Origin: Octopus vulgaris
Taxonomy: Eukaryota
NCBI GenBank assembly: GCA_951406725.2
Contig: OX597816.1
Location: 71,114,001-71,178,000, forward strand
DNA: 64,000 nt
Reading direction: 5' to 3'
Shown here one piece after another: positions 55,757 through 64,000 of this stretch (the stretch's first letter is position 1; every line of letters begins with the position of its first letter). Position numbers and translations under genes: made by a program. Below the pieces are notes generated by a model, which ran no database searches, was not told the origin of the DNA, and worked only from the letters and a program-made list of their open reading frames with translations.

Positions 55757-56181
55757 AAAATAAATATAAGAGAGTGGTCACTATATTGCTCACTCTAGCA
55801 CCAGTTAATCCAAAAGGTTTCAACCACGAAAATACATGCTTACCATGAAAGTCAGTACGATTGTTAGCTCACACGGACAGGGCAAATAAAAAATAACAAA
55901 AATACAGATTATTTTGGGACAATTGTTTCGCTATTAATGAATTAAATGTAATTTTACTTACAAAAAAAAATGGATTTTTTTTTGTAAGTAAAATTACATT
56001 AATTCATTAATAGCGAAACAATTGTCCCAAAATAATCTGTATTTTTGTTATTTTTTATTTGCCCTGTCCGTGTGAGCTAACAATCGTACTGATTTTCATG
56101 GTAAGCATGTATTTTCGTGGTTGAAACCTTTTGGATTAACTGGTGCTAGAGTGAGCAATATAGTGACCACTCTCTTATATT

Positions 56182-56187
<6 letters not shown>
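55757..56187. repeat. Palindrome of about 430 bp, 4-nt loop
   Basis: Arms meet at tgga 55971-55974; right arm carries the hammerhead 3' half GAAAC aatt GTC. Confidence 0.95.
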
Positions 56188-56276
<89 letters not shown>

Positions 56277-56388
56277 TATATAATAAATTAATAAATAAAA
56301 CATATGCATATATACATACATATATGTACGTACCTACCTCTACATGTGTATATATATATATATATATATATGTATGCATGCATGTATG

Positions 56389-56429
<41 letters not shown>

Positions 56430-56476
56430 GTGTGAATGTGCGTGTGCGTGAGAGAGAGAGCGTGTGTGTGTGTGCG

Positions 56477-56524
<48 letters not shown>

Positions 56525-56942
56525 TATGTCTCTGTATTTGTGCATGCACCCCAATCCCTGTTCTTGATAACCGGTGTCCGTGCGCATACGACCCTGTAAT
56601 TAGCGGTTCGGCAAAAGATATCGAGAGAATAAGTACCAGGTTTAACAAGAAAACTAAAAGTCTGGAGTCGATTCGCTCAAAGTTCATCCAGGACGCAGTC
56701 TTAATGGCTGGAACAAGGAAAAGATAAAAGATTTATTCTATACTAACCACTAACTCCGCCTTAGCAAAGAGGTGGTGCCTCTTACTATTAGTGAACACGT
56801 GTTTATAAAATAACTACCATCATGGAGACCCCGCCCAGTTCGTATTGGCCACACACAATGTAAGGCCAGTTGAAGCCCCGCCTCATGTCTATGCTTATGC
56901 ATGTGAGGGCATACATACACACATGCATATATAAATACACTT

Positions 56943-57347
56943 AAGGCGACGTGCTGGTAGAAACGTTAGCACGCCGGGCGAAATGCTTGGCGGTATTTCG
57001 TCTGCCGTTACGTTCTGAGTTCAAATTCCGCCGAGGTCGACTGTGCCTTTCATCCTTTCGGGGTCGATAAATTAAGTACTAGTTACGCACTGGGGTCGAT
57101 GTAATCGACTTAATCCGTTTGTCTCTCCTTGTTTGTCCCCTCTGTGTTTAGCCCCTTGTGGGCAGTAAAGAAATAGGTATTTCGTCTATCTTTACGTTCT
57201 GAGTTCAAATTCCGCCCAGGTTGACTATGGCTTTCATCCTTTCAGGGTCGGTCGATAAATTAAGTACCAGTTGCGTACTGGGGGTCGATGTAATTGACTG
57301 GCCTTCTCCCCCAAAATTTTGTGCCTTGTGCCTAGAGTAGAAAAGAA
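56943..57347 (+). mobile_element. Nin-domain SINE, dimeric body
   Basis: Same family as 3148-3561; 14-bp TSD atatataaatacac. Confidence 0.85.
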
Positions 57348-57405
57348 TATATAAATACACATAGATATTAACATGTATGTGTACGTATGTGTATACACAC
57401 ACACA

Positions 57406-57451
<46 letters not shown>

Positions 57452-57573
57452 ACGTGTCTTGGGCAAGTGTCTTCTGCTATAGTCTCGGGCCGATCAAAGC
57501 CTTCTAAGTGGATTTCGTAAATGGAAACTGAAAGAAGTCTGTCGTATATATATATATTAATAATAATAATAAT

Positions 57574-57641
<68 letters not shown>

Positions 57642-57810
57642 CATCATCATCATCGCTTGACAACCGATGCTTATGCGTTTACGTCACTGTAACTTAGCAG
57701 TTCGGCAAAAGACAGTCGTTAAAGTAAGTACTAGGTTGACAAAGAATAAGTCCGGTTGTCAAGCTGTGAGGTGGGGGACAAACAGATACAAAGACATACA
57801 CACACGCATA

Positions 57811-57861
<51 letters not shown>

Positions 57862-58094
57862 GTGTGTGTGTGTTTGTGGAGGGAGCGCGTTTGTATGTGT
57901 AATTTCTATGAAGAAGAAAAGAAATAAAGAAATGAAGATCTGATATGCTCCGTTTATGACATTTTTTTATGTCATGTGCTCCGTTTATGGCGATATTTCC
58001 ATGCTTCGGTTTGTGTGTGCTTATGTGCGTGTATGTGTGCGTATGTGTGTATAGGTCTAAATCTGAATGAGTTTGTGTACGTTTGTATTTGTAT

Positions 58095-58196
<102 letters not shown>

Positions 58197-58883
58197 GACG
58201 GACGTCTTTCAGTTTCCACAAGGCTTTGGTTAGCCCGATGCTATAGTAAAAGACAATTGCTCAAGGTGCCTGCCACGCAGTAGAACTGAACCCAGAACCA
58301 TGTGATTGAGAAGCAAGCTTCTTAACACACAGCGACGTCTGCCTGTCTGTCTGTCTGTATGTATGTATGTATGTATTTATGGTAGACATGTGTTGTGTAT
58401 GAGAGTGAGTGTCGTGTGCGCGCGTACAATCCTCTGTGGGTGGGTGTAAATGTAATAGTGATGAACCAATCAACGATCATCTAGTATCAACAACCCCTCA
58501 TTTGCATATTACAAGTGCCGACAAATTTAGTTGCTATTTAAGTGTATGTTGGTCATGTACTGGTCATAGTGATAGTAATAGTGTGAGTGGCGTGGATGGT
58601 GGTGGTGGTGGTGGTGGTGGTGGTTGTGGTTTTGGAGGTGGTGGTGTTGTATGAGCCGAGGCGGTGGTGTTAATGACCGTGGGGATAGGTGTGACGAAAG
58701 TGGCGGAGACAACAGCAGAAGCATGGCGGCGACGGCGGTGGGGGTGAAGGTGGTGGTGGCGCCGGTGGTCGGAGGGGGACGGCAAGATTTCAATTCAGAT
58801 ATATATATTTATATTTATACCGGAGTAAACACATAAATGTGAAACAAGGTGGAAAAAGAGTACTCAAATACCAGTGGTAGAGT

Positions 58884-59061
58884 AATATGCTTTATTTAAA
58901 GCAGCAGAAAATTCAACAAAACCTGTTACTCTGAGTTTCCCGTTGCCGTTCATCGGACAGTTTTTGCCAGAATTCTATCAAAAACTGTCCGATGAACGGC
59001 AACGGGAAACTCAGAGTAACAGGTTTTGTTGAATTTTCTGCTGCTTTAAATAAAGCATATT
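58884..59061. repeat. Palindrome, 83-bp arms, 12-nt spacer
   Basis: One hammerhead per arm; the same family occurs singly at 49715-49840. Confidence 0.95.
58985..59022 (+). ncRNA. Minimal hammerhead, U4C variant (mirror copy 58923-58960)
   Basis: ctgt CCGATGA a cg-gcaa-cg g GAAAC tcaga GTA acag. Confidence 0.7.
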
Positions 59062-59144
59062 TATATTTATATTCAAAAAATTCAGGGTGAATACTTGATA
59101 ACTGTAAGCACCTGTATATGCCAGCTAATGGTGTGGGTGATAGG

Positions 59145-59314
59145 ATATATTTATCAAAAGAAAAACAGGATGCAAAAGATTTTGCGGCTCATATGTTTCT
59201 GGCTTTATTGAACAATTTATATCAATTTATGCATTGATATAAATTGTTCAATAAAGCCAGAAACATATGTACCGCAAAATCCTTTGCATCCTGTTTTTCT
59301 TTTGATAAATATAT
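59145..59314. repeat. Palindrome, 82-bp arms, 6-nt loop
   Basis: Right arm has the hammerhead 3' half GAAAC atat GTA ccgc. Confidence 0.92.
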
Positions 59315-59427
59315 TTATTTATATATATATATATATATTCACATATATATTCACATATATATAAAATAAAAATTAATGCGCCCTTTTATATAAAAAAATA
59401 AATGCGCACTTTTATATTTAAAAAATA

Positions 59428-59680
59428 ATAAATGCGCCCTTTTAAAGCCTAGCCAGGCTCATGGACCCGGTTTCCCGGTTTCTATGCCGTATGTGTTCCC
59501 CAGCTGGACGGTACGTCAGTTCATCGCAGCGTTACTCATTTTTGCCAGGTGAGTGGACTGGAGCAACGTGAAATGAAATGTTTTGCTCAAGAACACAACG
59601 CGTCGCCCGGTCCAGGAATCGAAACCACAATCTTACGATCATGATGTTGACACCCTAACCACTAAGCCACGCGCTTCCAC
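59428..59680 (-). mobile_element. tRNA-derived V-domain-like SINE (degenerate copies at 17755-17940 and 61920-62115)
   Basis: Same family as 11716-11948; tail aaatgcgcccttt repeated about three times at 59375-59442. Confidence 0.8.
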
Positions 59681-59741
59681 ACACGCACATATATATATAC
59701 AGACAGACGGAAGGACGGACAGAGATAGACAGACAGATAGC

Positions 59742-59820
<79 letters not shown>

Positions 59821-60771
59821 CGTAAAATAATAGGGATATTGAATCGGGGCAGGTACCACACAAGTGGTCCCATATAATCCAAGCTGTGGCTAACCACATC
59901 GAGTGATATGGAGCACAAAATTTTCTAAGGTAAACAATTACACGGTATTTCACTCAATGAATAGGTTAAAACCAGAGTTCGCTTCCTTGGATTTTATACA
60001 ATGCTCAGAGTATATATTCAAGACAATATAAACTAGTAAAGTGCAGCAAAGCTGCGTGAGAGTGGTGTCAGACGTGGCATGCAGACCATCATATGTCTTG
60101 GATTTTTTTTCTTCTTTTCCGTTTTATTTTGATATGCACATTGCGTTTTAATTCTTCTCTTCCGTTTTACGAATTCAATGTGCGCATTGTCACAAGGGCA
60201 GCAAATTGGGGGAGGAGGAGACGAGTCGATTATATTGAAACCCCCACCCCCACCCAGTGTTCAACTGATGCTTATTTTATCAATCCTTCAAGTGAAGGAT
60301 TGCGTGTTTATTCTTCTCTTTCCGGTTCCTACGCAAAACTGTTTACAGATCACAACCATCTCAAAAACTTGCGATCATGAGGAGCGCTTAACGTTCCGTT
60401 GGTTGTGAAAAAAGAGATTGAAAAATTAGACATCCTCAAAACTTGTGTGCCGCATAGACGTCCTAAGATCCAGCATTTAATTGCATCCTGTTCGTTTAAT
60501 TGCAGTACAATTTCATCCAATGATAACAGATTATATAGCCATATCGTTTCCATAGCATTCTCTGCTATTATCTGCATTAAGCACCTATGGCTCCTCTACC
60601 TAAATTATACCTTAAAGAGGATTGTCAATCACTAAATTCTTCAGTTCGCTTCAACAACATGCAATGGTACTACCTCGAAGAAAGTGACCCAACAGGATGT
60701 AATGAAAGACATCTTAGAATGTTTACACAGCAGAAACACGAATCGAAGTGAGATTTAACCGAAATGTGGAT

Positions 60772-61148
60772 GGAAGCACTCCGTCGGTTACGACGACGAG
60801 GGCTCCGGTTGATCCGAATCAACGGAACAGCCTGCTCGTGAAATTAACGTGTAAGTGGCTGAGCACCCCACAGACACGTATACCCTTAACGTAGTTCTCG
60901 GGGATATTCAGCGTGACACAGAGAGTGACAAGGCCGGCCCTTTGAAATACAGGTACAACAGAAACAGGAAGTAAGAGTGAGAGAAAGTTGTGGTGAAAGA
61001 GTACAGCAGGGGTCACCACCATCCCCTGCCGGAGCCGCGTGGAGCTTTAGGTGTTTTTGCTCAATAAACACGCCCGGTCTGGGAATCGAAACCGCGATCC
61101 TATGACCGCGAGTCCGCTGCCCTAACCACTGGGCCATTGCGCCTCCAC
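60772..61148 (-). mobile_element. tRNA-derived SINE, further family
   Basis: Head gtggaggcgcaatggcccagtggttagg...ggtttcgattccc; TSD accgaaat on both sides. Confidence 0.8.
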
Positions 61149-61523
61149 TACCGAAATATATTGTATGATACTATTAGAAGGGAGAAATAAAATCGATCAC
61201 GTGACTAATTTGAAACATGTTGCACGTTTTTTCTTTGTTTTGAGCGTCTTGCTGTGAGGTGGATGATTTGAACTGGTTAAAGGAACGTGCAGTATCCATC
61301 GGTGACGTAAGGAAGGTGGAGTGTGAAGATGGTAACGTAAACAAATAGTAAAAAGCCTGAAGTTGGCTTCGAAGATAGAATGAATTTGGTAACGAAGACA
61401 GTTGCTGTAAAGATGTGATGTGACCAGTCGAGGTGAACCCGGGCGACAAAGAAGCACATTACAGAAAACATCGCACCAGGTACGACTACTTCCTCTCTAA
61501 GAAAGTTGGCTTGCTGGACTGGC

Positions 61524-61757
61524 CTATTTCTTTACTACCCACAAGGGGCTAAATACAGAGAGAACAAACAAGGACAGACAAACGGATTAAGTCGATTATA
61601 TCGACCCCAGTGCGTAACTGGTACTTATTTAATCGACCCCGAAAGGATGAAAGGCAAAGTCGACCTCGGCGGAATTTGAACTCAGAACGTAACGGCAGAC
61701 AAAATACGGCTACGCATTTCGCCCAGCATGCTAACGGTTCTGCCAGCTCACTGCCTT
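61524..61757 (-). mobile_element. Nin-domain SINE monomer
   Basis: Same family; 18-bp TSD ttggcttgctggactggc. Confidence 0.88.
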
Positions 61758-62122
61758 GGCTTGCTGGACTGGCATGTGGTTTCCTAACTGCTGACTTGAC
61801 TGTTGGAGCCATGTTGGTGTCAGGAGGCCACATTTTGCAGCAATACTGTAATAAACAAGTTCTGAGGATACATAATTCTCCATTCTTTTTATAATGTCGT
61901 GTGTTTTATAATGTAGTGACGGTTACCCGGTTTTCATAGCGAGGTTACAACGTTGCCGCTGAATGGGACGCCAGTCGCACGCAGGTTTACTCTTTTACAG
62001 CTGAGCGGACTGGGGCAACGTGAAATGAGGTGTTTTGCTTAAGAACACAACACACTGCTTGGTTCGGTAAACGAAACCTCGATATTGCTTGTAACAGCCT
62101 AACCACTAGGCCACAAACCTGC

Positions 62123-62209
<87 letters not shown>

Positions 62210-62433
62210 CACCTGCTTGATCGCAGGGTTTTGACGGAAAATGTATTTTTCAGTTCTATATTTAAGAGATGAAGAATTATGTACATTTACATTATTTACA
62301 TTCAACGGATATTTGTCCTCATCTTTGTTGTTAACACAACGTTTTGGCTGATATACCCTCCAGCCTTCATCAGGTGTCTTGGGGAAATTTCGAACCTGGG
62401 TTCTCGTTCCTAAGGTATTTTTCGATGTTGTTG

Positions 62434-62485
<52 letters not shown>

Positions 62486-62574
62486 GCCCGTGGGCATATG
62501 ACATAGTGGTTAAGAGCGCGAGCTACTAACCCAAAGATTCTGATTTTGATTCCAGACAGTGACTTGAGTAATAA

Positions 62575-62740
62575 TCTTTATATATATAAAACTGAGAATG
62601 TGTGTGTGTCTGTCTGTCTGTCTGTGTGTTTCCCTAAAACTTGAGAACTACACAACCAATTTCATTCAAATTTTACACATGCCTTACTTAGGGTCCGGGG
62701 AGTGTCATCGGCAAAAAAAATGTTTAACTTGTTGCCTAAG
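62575..62740 (+). mobile_element. 5' part of a different Helitron-like element inserted into a SINE-like element
   Basis: A|TCTTTATATATATAAAA start, (GTCT)n tract, aaccaatttcattcaaattttac motif typical of Helitron/HINE bodies. Confidence 0.55.
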
Positions 62741-62812
62741 AAGAAGAACGACAACAACAACAACATCGAAAAATACCTTAGGAATGAGAACCCAGGTTCG
62801 AAATTTCCCTAA

Positions 62813-62858
62813 GACACCTGATGAAGGCTGGAGGGTATATCAGCCGAAACGTTGTGTT
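62813..62858 (+). ncRNA. Minimal type I hammerhead ribozyme (mutated mirror copy 62333-62378)
   Basis: gacac CTGATGA a ggctg-gagggtatat-cagcc GAAAC GTT gtgtt; helix III reduced to the palindrome AACGTT. Confidence 0.78.
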
Positions 62859-63049
62859 AACAACAAACAAGATGAGGACAAATATCTGTCGAATGTAAAT
62901 AATGGAAATGTATTTTTGTTCATCCTTTAAATCTTAAGAAGGTCTTGCAGATTTTTATAGCCTCAAATATCCTAATCATACGAATTAGGTATTTGCATTC
63001 TCTCCCCGAGATCCAAAGTTCAGCTATACTTTGCTCAAGGTGCGTCGAT

Positions 63050-63432
63050 ATACTCTTTTACTCTTTTACTTGTTTCAGTCATTTGACTGCGGCCATGCTG
63101 GAGCACCGCCTTTAGTCGAGCAAATCGACCCCAGGTCTTATTCTTTGTAAGCCCAGTACTTATTCTATCGGTCTCTTTTGCCGAACCGCTAAGTGACGGG
63201 GACGTAAACACACCAGCATCGGTTGTCAAGCAATGCTAGGGGGACAAACACAGACACACAAACATATACACACACACTTATATATATATACATATATACG
63301 ACAGGCTTCTTTCAGTTTCCGTCTACCAAATCCACTCACAAGGCATTGGTCGGCCCGGGGCTATAGCAGAAAACACTTGCCCAAGATGCCACGCAGTGGG
63401 CCTGAACCCGGAACCATGTGGTTGGTTAGCAA
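63050..63432 (-). mobile_element. CORE-like SINE
   Basis: Near-identical to 52922-53330. Confidence 0.85.
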
Positions 63433-63434
63433 GT

Positions 63435-64000
63435 GTCCTGTTGTTCCTATAATAATAGGTATGAAACTGAAAGTGTATCTTGAGTACTGGATTTACAAAC
63501 TCCTTACCGATGGTCCTTAGATATCCCCCTTCTCTTGTATTTCTCTAATCACATTGGTGTCCAAAGGGCAGCTGTTTCTCACAACAGAAAATATCCATTC
63601 GTTGTAGTCCTCACACAACAATATTTGGCCGGTTTTGTTTTAACTTGGTAGCTTGTTTTTATTTCTTAGGTCCCGCCAAGATATATATATATATATATAT
63701 ATTTATTTATATTTACCCATCGGACTCAATATAGTAAACTTCGTCTGAAGGTTTTTCTTTTTCGTATATATGGATTCCAGGCTGTTCTGGCCACCGCATC
63801 ATGCCTCATGAGTAGATAATATCTGGAAGGCATTCTCTCGCATTTGGCAATAACCTGGCTGATGTCTTCGGTCTTGGTTTTGCACAGCTTACATTTGTTG
63901 TTTGTTCGTGTTTTCTGTCTTTTTTATGCGTATCATGAAAATTGTTCGAAAACGGTTGTTCGAAAACAATTATTTGGAAAGTTATTCGAAAAACTGTTAT
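63435..64000 (-). mobile_element. Degenerate Dong/R4-like RLE LINE C-terminal fragment
   Basis: Manual translation gives NKCKLCKTKTEDISQVIAKCERMPSRYYLLMRHDAVARTA (zinc-knuckle remnant plus RHD), then NRPNIVV, SCPLDTNV and FSFIPIIIGTTG; interrupted by (TA)n. Confidence 0.78.

Noticed and set aside
61174-61471. Overlapping short ORFs in unique-looking sequence
   Set aside because: No recognisable domain; at best a faint old LINE C-terminus.

Overview
AT-rich, microsatellite-saturated eukaryotic DNA whose repeat content (tRNA-headed Nin-, CORE- and V-domain-type SINEs, RTE, CR1-group and Dong/R4 LINEs, long (TA)n/(TAGA)n/(TATG)n tracts) suggests a coleoid cephalopod such as Octopus (inference). 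Most ORF-track entries are microsatellite artefacts. One likely host gene is visible: a minus-strand first coding exon at 46603-46750 beginning MPKSFLIK (SNAG motif) and ending at a CAG|GTACGT donor; most of 1-46600 is probably its intronic sequence. Other transposon content is a near-intact 5'-truncated CR1-group LINE RT, Tc1/mariner DD41D and DD37D remnants, hAT and pogo MITEs, and non-autonomous Helitrons. The most striking signal is about 20 minimal type I hammerhead ribozyme motifs (complete, variant or half) from many unrelated sequence families. They sit in short Penelope-like (PLE) fragments embedded in (TA)n, and many lie in long palindromes whose 5' ends consistently meet at the centre. 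One element joins a tRNA-derived Pol III head to a hammerhead-bearing tail, which looks like a SINE using PLE machinery. All assignments are by eye; no searches or folding were run, and many boundaries are approximate.
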